Origin: Conidiobolus incongruus B7586
Taxonomy: Eukaryota
Length of the DNA: 33,503 bases
Direction of reading: 5' to 3'
Assembly: GCA_000697335.1 (NCBI GenBank)
Contig: JNEM01006225.1
Location: 1-33,503, forward strand
The notes under the pieces were generated by a model, which saw only the letters and a program-made list of their open reading frames with translations, had not been told where the DNA came from and searched no databases. Positions 23,453 to 33,503 of this stretch are shown piece after piece (positions within the stretch are counted from its first letter, which is position 1; every line of letters begins with the position of its first letter). The translations under genes were made by a program, and so were the position numbers.

Positions 23453-23827
23453 AACGAAGAACTGTTTTTGTAGATTAATCAATTGTAAAATAATTTATTT
23501 GTTATTCTATTTATAATTCGAAAAAATTAAAAAAAAAACACAAATATTATTTATTCAAAAAGAGTAAATAGTAAACCTTATAATCATATAATATCTTGTT
23601 AATACTTCAATAATAATAAATTAAGTTCAATATAGCAATTACATAATTTTTGGTATTATAAAAATAATTTCGAAATTGTAAAAGTTGTGATGTGATCGTA
23701 GAAAGATATCTATCACATTATTCAAAGTATTAAAAAAATAAAATTTGGCAAATATATTTTTAGTAATTTGTAAAATTAATGAATTGAACTATAAAAAATT
23801 GAAATCAGGTACGACTAAAGCGCAGAG

Positions 23828-23899
23828 TGACGCGTGAGAGACTCGAACTCCCAGCCTTCCGCTCTGGAGGCGGACGCGCTACCATTGCGCCAACACGTC
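23828..23899 (-). tRNA. tRNA-Trp (CCA), copy 2, identical to copy 1
   Basis: 72/72 nt identical to 17359-17430. T6 terminator at 23793-23798. Confidence 0.97.
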
Positions 23900-23909
23900 A
23901 TATTTATCT

Positions 23910-24465
23910 TGTCACGGTTATTAGCTCTTGGAGCGTCATTGAGGACACTGACACAGCCATTCTGTAGGCCAGATTGTGAAACATGATACCTACCAGCTGG
24001 GGTAAACTACCAATGATCAGATCTCTGGCTATTCGGCCTTGATCACTTGTAAATGGGGCTTTGTACAGAGCGACTAGACCAGCAGCAACAGTGGCGGCGT
24101 TAGGATCCGACATGCTAAAAGATGGAATCAAGGAATATCAATAGGAACGGGTTTAGAAGGATTAGTGTAAAATGACTCAAGTGGAACTATAAGCAGTTAC
24201 TTGAGTATACCAAAAGGGTTGGCTTTGGATGTAGGAAAAAGGTTTATTAATGTAAGAAAGTAAGGTAAGAGAGAGAGATCAAGAAGGGAGCCGAGCCCTT
24301 CTTATACTTAAGTGAAATATATAGGCATAAGTATGCACGGATGAGTAACAGTGAGGTCACTCAGACGTGGACTGGTAAAATGTTGATAAGGCCTAATTTG
24401 GTTAATCAGGTACTTAATAGTGAATTGGAGTGAAGAAAGGTATCAATTAGGTAGCAATCGTCACA
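23910..24465 (-). mobile_element. Solo LTR (556 bp) of an LTR retrotransposon with a 5-bp target-site duplication
   Basis: GC-richer island with termini TGTCACG...CGTCACA (TG..CA, 6/7 inverted match), flanked on both sides by TATCT (23905-23909, 24466-24470). The minus strand shows a TATA-like tract (~24302-24322), a hairpin AAGAAGGG/CCCTTCTT (24281-24303) and AATAAA (24243-24248) in U3-R order. Confidence 0.85.
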
Positions 24466-25995
24466 TATCTCATTATTTAATAAAAAATCATACAATAATT
24501 AATAATATAATATTCTCAAATCAATCGAATAACATATTATAATTCATATTTAATTCAATAATTTTCCAAATAAAGCTTTTTAATTTTAGTTGATTCAACA
24601 CACTTTCTTGCTGTAATTTATTATTTAATTTTTCTTTTAAGTGATAACATTATTTCAGATTTTATCACTCAATTCATTCATAGGAATTTTTCATTTTTGG
24701 AATTTTTATGTCTCACATAATTTTTAGTATTTTTAAAACATATATTACCTAGAATATAGCAAATAAAATCAAATTTATTGTTGGCTATTATATTAAATAG
24801 ACAAACTAGGACCTATTAAAACCTATTAAAAACCTGGACTTGGTAAAAAGAGAGTGTCATATATGATATTCAATGAAAGGGACATTTTTATAATTGAGTA
24901 TTAAGAGTGTTGTGTAATATTGAAATGTATTTGAAAATTTTTCATAAATGGTCCCTTTTGAAGAATAAACCTATAAATATTGTTTCTTACTCAATAATCT
25001 TTGGTATATGTCATTTGAACTTATATATTCAAATTCATAATTTTATAAAATTGGAAAAATATTAAATAATAATATACTCAAATTAGCTTATCAATTCAAC
25101 ATTTTTCATTTATATGATCAATTTGATTAAATAATAATTGATTTCAAATTCCATTAAATATATATTCAACTGTAGTTATTTGATAATATAATAATATGCT
25201 ATAATTTCAATTATTACTTATAATGAGTTAACAGAATAATTCGAATGAAATATCAAGTATTGATCACAATAGTTTTTAAAGTAGAAGCTAGATTATAAAA
25301 TGACCAAGTTTTACGTGAAAAATTATATTTTACATCATCAATTTCTCTCATAACATTCATTCAATGGATTAGTTACAAACTGACATCAACTATAATTTAT
25401 CTATATTATTTATGTTTTTATTGATGAATGCTTATACATCATAATCTTTTGTTTTAAAAAATTAATTTGTTGAAATATAAATTGAGTTATGGTTAGTAAT
25501 GATTGGTATCACCTGATTTTTTGCAACGAATGAAAGAACAGATTTTAGAATCCCATAGATGATTTTCATATATAGATAAACAACCATATAAAATCTCATT
25601 TAATTTAGTATTCACAAAGAATTATTAATAAAAGTAAAAGTATTAAAGTCAAATTATTACTCTTTATTATTATGAAAGTGACATTTAATCTCAACCAAGA
25701 AGTAATTATTATTTAATTTTTATTTTCCTTTGTTCAATATTTATCTAAAACAAGTAAAACGAAAGTATTGTTGGTGAATAGTTAACAAAGATTATACCCT
25801 TCAAATTATTAAAAAAAAATAGATTTTATATATAAAATTCAGTTTTTCAATAATCATTAAAAATATTTTTTAGGCTATTATTACTTACCAGTCACAATAG
25901 TTTTGTAGTCGATTTATCTCGTAATAAATAATAATCTTGTACACGAAATTATCCCATTTAAAATATATCTATTGTTAATAATTTGATAATTTAAC

Positions 25996-28900
25996 ATGTC
26001 AACCAACCATACAATAGACTCATATTTAACTTGCTCGTATGTACATACACCTTTATCCATATCACTCAACTATCAGGATGTTCAAATAGAAACCTATTAT
26101 TTCGAATTAACCTCCACTTCCATTTTAGCCAAAGTTATTCATAACCAATTACAAACACGTATCGAATTAATGTGTCTCAATTTCAAAAACGCTACTCAAG
26201 TTTCCCCAATTCTAATCAACGTTCCCGGTAAAACTATCAGTAATATCATTATCATCGAAGACAAGTATCAATCCTTATTCCGACTTTGGGTAGTTAGCCA
26301 ACTAAGTGGCCTCTTGCGATATAATTTTAAATTTGAAACGCCAGAACCAAGTAAAATAGTTTACAGGGGCCTTAAACTATTTGAAGAAAAGCAGTTCATG
26401 GAACTTGACTTTTCACTTCATATTGAAATGGTCGCAACCAACAGAATGTTATTTGTTCCAAAACATTGTCTCACTCCAGTTCTCGCCGATATTCCGCCTG
26501 GGACCGAACGAGAGTTAAAACTTGTTCAAACATTTAAAGTTCCTCGATATGTTGGATTCAGTTTGCTTCCCGATCTTATTTCATTTGCTGGATCGAAAAA
26601 TTTGGGTTGGGAGTCTGAGACTTCCAAGCTTAATGCCACATCCATTTTGCAATTGCCCAATGGTGACAAATTTTTATTTTGGCTTCATAATTATGATCGC
26701 ATTCATATTTGGGATTTACAAACGAACTCTGAAATCTTCTCAAAACCCTTAATTGTTGCTATAAACCATCCCAATGACGCTAAAGAGTATAAGGAGTTCA
26801 AATACCACCAACCGAAGGTTCATTCCATACATACCTTCTTTGATGCCACGTATCCCGATATCTTCTATCTTTTAATTGCCTTTGATCATGTAGAAATGCC
26901 ATTTTTCAACATTTTTAGAGGTAAAACTAAAGATTCTGTTAGTCTGGATGAAAACTCTTGGGAATTCTGTAACTTTATTAAATGGAACAATTCGTCTTTT
27001 GGATCTTCTCCATCTACAGTCATTAAAGACATTCTTTTGATCCACGAAAATGAAACCAATTCCATTGATTTGGGTAATGACGAAGACTTGAATTTCAATA
27101 ATGCGCATAAACTGAAAATTTGGATGGTCACCGAACAAATGAAGAAATCGTTCGTATCTTCAATCGAGATCGAACTAGTCAAGGATGAAATACTGGATGA
27201 AGAAGATGTTGTAACGATAGGTAATTTTTCAGATAAACAAGTATTTTGGGATGATCTCCATATTACCAAGTTTGATTATTCACCAAATCCCAACTTGAGC
27301 ATTTCGGAACTGCTGGAAACTTTCATTGAAGAATTATTCAGCCCCTACCAATTCAATATATCCACATTGGTCATGGCAACACATCAATACAATTCCCAAG
27401 TCAAAAGCAATGGAAAAGCAACGCATTGTGAAGAGTTTTTCATCAAATTAATCCAATCTAAGCTGAATAACTTCCTAGCTCCATGCCCAAAGAAAATTGA
27501 TTTCGATCCCTTAGATATTATCACTCAAATGGATAAGTTTATATCCATTTGTCAGAGAATTGAGCTGTATTCCAAAACACCATGTAAAGTAGTCATTATT
27601 AAAGAGCTTAAGAATCAAATCGCATTATTAGGTATTGAATATGTTGGTATTATAAGATCAGGTCATCAGTTGGAATGGATTGATTCGATTATTTCACGAC
27701 GTCTAAACTCTGAAACTATTTTTAAACTTTGCTCTAACGATCCCAGTTCTAATCACATCCTTGTACAAGGCCCCTGCAAACAGAAAGAATTATACACACT
27801 GTTTGAGTGTTTGGCTGACTTTTACGAATTTTTCAGAAAAGATTCTATCTACTTTGATTCTATGATCAAAGAATTTGAGAGTAATTTCGATAAATCCCAC
27901 TCTTCACTTGCTGAGTTGTATTCTAGTTTAATATTTTACGATGCTTATATTCAAGGGAGCATCAATCATGACCCTCGGTATAAGGCTTTGATGTATCGAG
28001 TTAAAGAAAGACTTGTGAAAGTATCAAAGTCTATTCAAATATTGATTGACTTAATCAATATTTTCAGTCATTCAAATAATATGGCAGACGCCCAATTCCA
28101 AGATAGTTCCTTCCAATTTGGATCCAGCCAGAGTTATATTTCCTTTGAAAATTCATATCTAAGCAACGCCAGTCACCAATTAATTTTTTCAGGATTCCAA
28201 GTAAGCAGAATACTGCTATGGTTTTTTATATATTCTAAATCGTGTGCTTCAATTGAACCCATTGATAATTACATTTCTCAATGTGTATCGATTCACTTGA
28301 AATATGTGCGATTATATCAATTACTCTTTTGTCCCACTCAGAGATTTTCTATTGGGTCTACTGCTTCCTCGGGCTATGAATTCTCATTTCCATATATGAC
28401 AGGTCTCCTGTCGAAAAATCTTTATAACGCCATTTCCAGCCATGTACCTGCTACAATTTCGAATCTTCTTGAGGGATTTATCAATCTTTTCGATATTCAA
28501 TACTCACTATCATCAAATAGTACAACTTTAGGTTGGATTATTTCTCAAGCTGATAGAATGGTGTCTAATCTTGATTTAACCGCTATTCGTTTTGGTCAAC
28601 ATTCACCAAACATGGCTTTCATCTTCATTCAGTGGCTTTGCTATCATCACAAATCTCCAAGATATGCACACAAATTCCTCTCCTCTCTGACTCCACACCC
28701 AATCTTGTTCTATTTCATGGGAGCCCTTGAAGCCAAAATTTATGGAGACAAACCGAATATGGTCAAATCATTCAGAAAAGCTAGTATCCAGGATAAATTC
28801 TACCCCGATTGGCATTCCCATCCACTTCAATTTGTAATCCCTACCGAGTACTTTGAAAGGGGGCCCTCTGGCTACTTTTTCTTCTTGGGAAAACATTTTG

Positions 28901-30372
28901 AGAATATGAACTACTTCAAACTGGCTTTGGATTACTATCAAATGTGTTTTTTTGAATTTGATACGCTTGTCCAAACGATACTAAGAGAACAATCCAGCAA
29001 TACCTCTCCTAGGACTCCACATTTGTCAAATGAGCGAAAACCCCAAATAGATGCATCTCAATTGGATATTAGCCAAGATATCATTGAAAGCAATGGGACT
29101 TCAGTTGGCTTTAACCGAGATGTATTTATCTTCAAAATCGCCTCATGCTGTAATCGACTCAAGATATATAAGCAATCAATCAAGTATTTGAAAGACTTGA
29201 AGAATCCTCAATGGAAATCGCAACTTATCGATGAAATCGTTAGCTCGCTTCATAACGATGATAGTTTAACTCAACTGATCAAGGTACCGTTGGGTGAGCT
29301 TGAATGGGATTTTATTCAAAACATCAAACACAAAAGTCAAGATCACAGTATTTCGAAGCATTCAAAGATAACATTCCTACATTTCCTTCAAATGTGGTAC
29401 ATTAGAAAGAATGACTGGGAATCTACAATTTCAAGTATCATCGACCAGATAGTTATTTCTATTGATTACTCGAAAAGGCCATCTGGCTTCACAATGTTGG
29501 AGCTTAAGAAGCATATTAAATTATGGAAGAAGGTCATCAAATATTTTAAGCGACTCCCAGAAGATACTTCAATTGAAGTCAACTATTTCTTCAACGTTGA
29601 TGTCAATGGGTGGTTATCAGAGCCTCGAAAGATGCTATTCTCTATCCTAGATGCAATTAAGCAGCACCAAAAATCGATTCATCGCTTCAAACTCGCTAAT
29701 CGTGATGATGCTGCATTGGATCCAATGCAACTGACTTCTTGCCAAGATTTAATCAATGCGCTCATCCAAAGTAAAATGATTTATCGTGCATTGGATCTGA
29801 GCATTTACCACCAATTTAACCTAACGCCAATTTTCCGCTATTTGACAGAGCAAATCATCAAAAGCCCTTCATTCCCTCCTAATAGATTTTTATCCCCAAA
29901 TCCTTCCACATCTTTCAAAGCTATCCTTCTCATCCTTGAAATGAACTATGTCCCAAAGATCCGCTACTTTAAAGCACCTCCCAAGTACGAAATCACTGTG
30001 AAGCACTATACTGCCGTCATTGAAACACTAATTGCAAGTAATCATCATCAATCCATCCCACCGAGACTGTCGAGCTATGTGCGCAACAAAGACTTCAATC
30101 TTCTACTCGATATCTATTGCAAATACGCAATCACCAAAGAGGTTGGCGAATTGGCGATTGACTACATTGAGAACATCCCATTACCTAAAGCTGAAGAAAT
30201 GTATAATAAAAACACCAAATTACCATTACCCCTAAACAAGATTGAGCACGTCATCAGCGAATTGAAAATCAATTATCCCACTACAGCTGTTGAATTGGAG
30301 CGAACCTTAATGAATCATCTGTCTCAGTTGGAATTCACGGAATATCAATTTAAAAGTTTATTGAAAATTTAA
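25996..30372 (+). CDS. NUP160: Nucleoporin Nup160/Nup120-like protein (1458 aa), single exon
   Basis: Size and architecture fit (beta-rich N-terminus, helical C-terminus). Segments resembling Nup160 as I recall it: LFWLHNYDRIHIWDL, FIEELFSPYQFNISTL, YFMGAL...VKSFRKAS and the C-terminal LLDIYCKY..EVGELAIDYI..LPLNKIEHVISEL. Confidence 0.72.
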   Translation: MSTNHTIDSYLTCSYVHTPLSISLNYQDVQIETYYFELTSTSILAKVIHNQLQTRIELMCLNFKNATQVSPILINVPGKTISNIIIIEDKYQSLFRLWVVSQLSGLLRYNFKFETPEPSKIVYRGLKLFEEKQFMELDFSLHIEMVATNRMLFVPKHCLTPVLADIPPGTERELKLVQTFKVPRYVGFSLLPDLISFAGSKNLGWESETSKLNATSILQLPNGDKFLFWLHNYDRIHIWDLQTNSEIFSKPLIVAINHPNDAKEYKEFKYHQPKVHSIHTFFDATYPDIFYLLIAFDHVEMPFFNIFRGKTKDSVSLDENSWEFCNFIKWNNSSFGSSPSTVIKDILLIHENETNSIDLGNDEDLNFNNAHKLKIWMVTEQMKKSFVSSIEIELVKDEILDEEDVVTIGNFSDKQVFWDDLHITKFDYSPNPNLSISELLETFIEELFSPYQFNISTLVMATHQYNSQVKSNGKATHCEEFFIKLIQSKLNNFLAPCPKKIDFDPLDIITQMDKFISICQRIELYSKTPCKVVIIKELKNQIALLGIEYVGIIRSGHQLEWIDSIISRRLNSETIFKLCSNDPSSNHILVQGPCKQKELYTLFECLADFYEFFRKDSIYFDSMIKEFESNFDKSHSSLAELYSSLIFYDAYIQGSINHDPRYKALMYRVKERLVKVSKSIQILIDLINIFSHSNNMADAQFQDSSFQFGSSQSYISFENSYLSNASHQLIFSGFQVSRILLWFFIYSKSCASIEPIDNYISQCVSIHLKYVRLYQLLFCPTQRFSIGSTASSGYEFSFPYMTGLLSKNLYNAISSHVPATISNLLEGFINLFDIQYSLSSNSTTLGWIISQADRMVSNLDLTAIRFGQHSPNMAFIFIQWLCYHHKSPRYAHKFLSSLTPHPILFYFMGALEAKIYGDKPNMVKSFRKASIQDKFYPDWHSHPLQFVIPTEYFERGPSGYFFFLGKHFENMNYFKLALDYYQMCFFEFDTLVQTILREQSSNTSPRTPHLSNERKPQIDASQLDISQDIIESNGTSVGFNRDVFIFKIASCCNRLKIYKQSIKYLKDLKNPQWKSQLIDEIVSSLHNDDSLTQLIKVPLGELEWDFIQNIKHKSQDHSISKHSKITFLHFLQMWYIRKNDWESTISSIIDQIVISIDYSKRPSGFTMLELKKHIKLWKKVIKYFKRLPEDTSIEVNYFFNVDVNGWLSEPRKMLFSILDAIKQHQKSIHRFKLANRDDAALDPMQLTSCQDLINALIQSKMIYRALDLSIYHQFNLTPIFRYLTEQIIKSPSFPPNRFLSPNPSTSFKAILLILEMNYVPKIRYFKAPPKYEITVKHYTAVIETLIASNHHQSIPPRLSSYVRNKDFNLLLDIYCKYAITKEVGELAIDYIENIPLPKAEEMYNKNTKLPLPLNKIEHVISELKINYPTTAVELERTLMNHLSQLEFTEYQFKSLLKI

Positions 30373-30925
30373 TTAATTAATACCATTACATCATCTCTTT
30401 CTTTGACTTTCAAAACCAAAATAAAATTTGAAGAATTTCGTTTAATATCAAACATTAAATTATTTTCATCAACTCCATTTATATATTTTATACTATTATA
30501 ATTCACCTTTTATCACATTTAATTGTTAAAGTATATTATTTTATTTAGTTTATTCAATACAATTAATATTCTCAAATTAACTATTTTAATACATTGATAA
30601 TATTATTCAATTTTTATTGTACTTCAATTTCAATCTATATAATAATTATTGAATTATAAAAATATACAATAATTTATAATGAATAGTATATAATATTTTA
30701 TCTATTAAATATTGTTTTTAATAAAATGAAATTTTCGTTCAATTGAATATGTATATAAAGTAACTATTTCTTAAATAAGAATTTTAGATTATGAGTGATC
30801 AATTGTAAAATTGATCAAATATCAAAATCCCATAAAATATTTTTTCAAAAGTTATATTATAAATTCGAAAATAGTCAATTTTCAAAATTAATAATATTAT
30901 TTCACGAAAAATTAATTAAAAAAAT

Positions 30926-32603
30926 ATGGAAAACCAAATAAATTCAATTACAGAAACCCAAGACTCAAATTTAATTCAAAAGGAAGCAGTTCAGCCCAGA
31001 AGAAGGATTGTTGGTAGAAAGAAAGTTGTCAAGACTAATAATGATTCCAATATTCAAGATGTTGAAGAGACAAGCGTCGAAATATGTAACTCAAACTGAA
31101 ATTATTCAAATTATAATATGTATTTAACTATATTAAATTCCAGATAAGGGAGATACTACAAGTACTAGAAAACCTAGAGTATTAAATCAAATTCCTGATG
31201 ATATTTTAAATAATGTTCAATTACAACAAGCAGTTAAACAAGTAATATCCCATACAAATTGAATATTTATTACATTATTGATTTTGGAAACTAGTTACCT
31301 AGTAATTATAATTTTGAAATTTTTAAAACTATTTGGCAGATTAGAAAGAACCAGAGTACTAAAGGTACAAATTTTATTAGAATATTTAGCATAAAATTCT
31401 AATTTGTTGGTTTAGTCGCTTTACAATTCCCTGAAGGCTTATTGATGTTCGCTTGTACTATTTCAGATATTTTAGAGAGGTAGTTATATTGTATTATTTT
31501 TATTTTGATTGATAATTAATTCATTATACTAGATTTTGTAAAGTTGAAACTCTGATTATGGGAGATGTGACTTATGGTGCTTGTTGTGTGGATGATTTCA
31601 CTGCTAAAGCTTTGGAATGTGACTTTTTGGTTCATTATGGTCATAGCTGTTTGGGTATGATATTTTATATTTATACTGCTAAGACATATATTGATTAATA
31701 ATTGATATAGTCCCTGTCGATATTACATCCATTAAAACAATGTATGTTTTCGTTGATATCGGTATTGATATAACGCATTTCGTCGATACCGTTAAATTCA
31801 ACTTTGATGCTGGTACTAAAATTGCTCTGGTTGGGACTATTCAGTTTGGTACTGCCATTCAGGTAAGTCACATGATTTTAATTATTGATTAATTTCTAAT
31901 TTAATTGATATAGGCCTCCAGACAAATTCTTCAAAATGATTATCAAGTCACTGTACCACAATCTAAACCACTCAGTCCAGGTGAAATTTTGGGATGTACA
32001 GCTCCTAAACTAAAGGATCAAGATATTATTATTTACTTAGGTGATGGTAGATTCCATTTAGAAGCCATTATGATTGCTAATCCAGATCTTCCTGCATATC
32101 GCTATGATCCCTATTCCAAGAAATTCACAAGGGAGTATTACGAGCACGAAGAAATGCATTCCCTCAGAAAGCACGCTATTGAACAAGGTATCCAATGTCA
32201 GAAATTTGGTTTAATTTTGGGGACTTTAGGTCGCCAAGGCAGTCCTGTGGTATTAAAGAATCTCCAAAAGAGATTGGAAGAAAAAGGGAAAACATGCACT
32301 GTTGTATTATTATCAGAAATTTTTCCCTCAAAGTTAGATCAATTTAAGGATATCGACTGCTGGATTCAAATTGCTTGTCCTAGATTATCAATTGATTGGG
32401 GTTATGCTTTCACCAAACCTCTACTTAATCCTTATGAAGCATCTGTTGTTTTAGACAGTATTCCATATCAAAATGTCTACCCAATGGACTTTTATGAAAA
32501 TGATTCACTTGGTAATTGGACACCTAATCACGGTAAAGGTATTAGAAAGCCAAGAACCAAAACACTTGACAAAGCCAAGCAAGAGAAAATTGCTGTAAAT
32601 TAA
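30926..32603 (+). CDS. DPH1: Diphthamide biosynthesis protein 1 (2-(3-amino-3-carboxypropyl)histidine synthase subunit 1), ~451 aa, 7 exons
   Basis: Exons 30926-31085, 31144-31241, 31295-31364, 31416-31479, 31533-31654, 31711-31862, 31914-32603 (GT-AG introns of 51-58 nt) splice in frame. Motifs: [78 protein letters not shown]. Confidence 0.96.
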
Positions 32604-32720
32604 TTATAGACCAAATATTTGTTATTTAAAATTCGGAAATAGAATTATAGATCCTTTTGTATCTTATTTAATGAATTCGTTTCAAAAACATTTAATATTT
32701 TATTACAGTTTTAATATTTA

Positions 32721-33503
32721 TTACTCGAGATTTTAAATAATGAGACTTTTTTGATATTGAAAATAAATAAACATTTTAACATATAATTTACAAAAATTTA
32801 TATATAATATAAAATTGATACTCTTATTTATTATTGTTAACTTTTTACCATACTTTTAACAAACTTCTAACACTTAAAAAATAGTTTTTTTTATTAAAGA
32901 TTAAAGTTCAATGTTTTATATACTATTTTATTTATAGACATTTTCTTTCCTGTAAACTAATTTTTTAATTACTTAAAGCAATTATAATTATATAAGTTAT
33001 AATTTAATAAATATATTAAATGTGGTAGTTTTTCCTAATTATTTTTAATTAAGAAATTTTTTACAGCTTTAACTTTATATATTTTAAAATTATTATATAA
33101 AATGATATGTATCTTTTAATGATATTAAGAACAGTAATTAAAAATAATATTATTTAAAAAACATTACAAAGATTAATATTAATTAATTTTTTTTCAAAAA
33201 CTAAATAAAAATAACATATATTATTATAATCAATTATAACAATACATATTAACTTATAAATAAAATATTTATTTATTAAAATTTATAAAAATTATTTTAA
33301 CATTTTAATTTGTGTTTTGATAAATAATTGTATAGAAGGATTTATAATTTATTAATTATAATAGTTTACTGTAAAAGTTTTAATTTAAATTATACCTTAA
33401 TAGGTTTTATTTACCTATAGTTACTTTAACTTTTTTAAGTTTTAGTTAAATTATAAAATACTTATTTTATATTTTTATTAATTTATTTAAGTTTAAACTT
33501 TAA
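32721..33503 (-). mobile_element. Degenerate mariner, copy 3 (runs off the window end)
   Basis: The left end TA|TTACTCGAGATTTTAAATAATGAGACTTTTTTG matches the left TIR of copy 1. The sequence is then colinear with ~12742-13545, differing largely by transitions. Confidence 0.85.

Noticed and set aside
23819..23827. tRNA-Trp trailer CTCTGCGCT is complementary to the tRNA-iMet D-arm (PBS-like idea)
   Set aside because: Only 9 nt, not adjacent to the LTR end and not the tRNA 3' end; probably coincidence.
23904..24131. 75-aa ORF
   Set aside because: It lies within the solo LTR, has a non-ATG start and shows no gag/pol motif I can recognise.
25230..25580. Possible relic of a 7TM/GPCR-like membrane protein gene
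   Set aside because: Hydrophobic fragments occur in mixed frames, but AT-rich DNA produces these by chance; it needs a translated search.
5899..30235. Short antisense or alternate-frame ORFs inside the oxidoreductase, pseudogene and Nup160 sequences
   Set aside because: They are shadow ORFs of real coding or formerly coding sequence, with no independent support.
31989..32603. 204-aa ORF as a complete gene
   Set aside because: It is part of the last DPH1 exon (TTG start in the track); the true start is at 30926.

Overview
AT-rich eukaryotic genomic DNA with short (51-58 nt) GT-AG introns. Composition and gene style suggest an early-diverging fungus, possibly Conidiobolus/Entomophthoromycotina-like (inference, not verified). 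Housekeeping genes: ATP10 (7 exons, minus), an intronless Nup160/Nup120-like gene and DPH1 (7 exons). Between them lies a ~17 kb minus-strand array of five AMID/FSP1(AIFM2)-like FAD/NAD(P)H oxidoreductase paralogs: three intact and two pseudogenes. tRNA-iMet flanks the array, and two identical tRNA-Trp(CCA) genes lie within and just upstream of it. Four signals are not shown by the ORF track. (1) Ten ATCWGATAA sites (SreA/Urbs1/Fep1-type iron-responsive GATA consensus) cluster upstream of the three intact oxidoreductases only, one at a conserved position ~35 nt upstream of a TATA box. (2) Three DD34D mariner copies (two ~1.3 kb in tandem, one cut by the window end) are riddled with CpA>TpA/TpG>TpA transitions, i.e. 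RIP-like mutation. (3) A 556-bp solo LTR with a 5-bp TATCT target-site duplication sits 10 nt upstream of a tRNA-Trp gene, suggesting Ty3-like tRNA-targeted integration. (4) Two intact paralogs share identical patches that look like gene conversion.
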